Assembly: GCA_937910235.1 (NCBI GenBank)
Contig: CALENB010000151.1
Span: forward strand, 1 to 22,445
Source of the DNA: an uncultured Myxococcales bacterium
GTDB lineage: Bacteria; Myxococcota_A; UBA9042
DNA: 22,445 nt
Reading direction: 5' to 3'
Part shown: in pieces, positions 22,218 to 22,445 of the stretch
Numbering within the stretch: the first letter of the stretch is position 1
How the letters are laid out: each line of letters begins with the position of its first letter
Notes under the pieces: model-generated
What the model was told of the DNA's origin: nothing
What the model saw: the letters and a program-made list of their open reading frames with translations, nothing else
Database searches by the model: none
Program-made: the position numbers and the translations under genes

Positions 22218-22445
22218 GAGGAGCCCGGTTTCTTCGGCGTCAGCGCAGCTTGTGGCGCCTTGGCCAGCCCGCGGAAGGGATGGCGGTTGTCGGGATCACG
22301 CGCCCCAAACGCGCCCTATTCGTCGCCCGCTAGAAACGGCATCACGACCGCGCCTTACGTGTACTGCGCAGGCGAGTGCTGGGTGGGCCCTGGTCATCGT
22401 TTCGTCCACCACGAAAAAATCAGCGACCGAACAGCAGCATCCAGC

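Overview
Visibly GC-rich (about 70% by eye, not computed) chromosomal segment with strong third-codon-position GC bias, Shine-Dalgarno use and Myxococcales-type cysteine-rich repeats, so most likely a myxobacterial (Myxococcota) chromosome. No rRNA, tRNA, CRISPR, transposase or integrase was seen. Gene content, left to right: (1) a reverse-strand secreted hypothetical protein running off the left edge (1..1110) that the ORF track misses; (2) an Ala-rich lipoprotein; (3) a hypothetical, possibly MBL-fold-like, protein; (4) a canonical NfeD-flotillin (SPFH) pair; (5) a convergent lipoprotein whose C-terminus is a 12-bp x5 tandem repeat (PTVR x3-5); (6) a Fur-family (Zur-like) regulator followed by an operon of an outer-membrane beta-barrel (C-terminal Phe) plus a ZnuA/ZnuC/ZnuB-type metal ABC importer, with an AT-rich Fur/Zur-box-like island between them; (7) a translationally coupled periplasmic three-gene unit of di-haem cytochrome c peroxidase, a Tat-exported purple-acid-phosphatase-like metallophosphoesterase and a mono-haem cytochrome c; (8) an all-minus-strand cluster of a small OM beta-barrel, a VWA-domain lipoprotein, a 46-aa internally deleted VOC/glyoxalase remnant, and a giant (~1570 codon) secreted cysteine-rich repeat protein. 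The ORF track splits that giant gene into three pieces, but it is one continuous frame interrupted only by two in-frame TGA codons, the first of which sits exactly where a conserved Cys codon (TGC) occurs in sister repeats. That giant gene and the ccp-phosphoesterase-cytochrome unit are the most interesting parts of the window. Nearly all the long Arg-rich ORFs in the track are antisense shadows of these genes.
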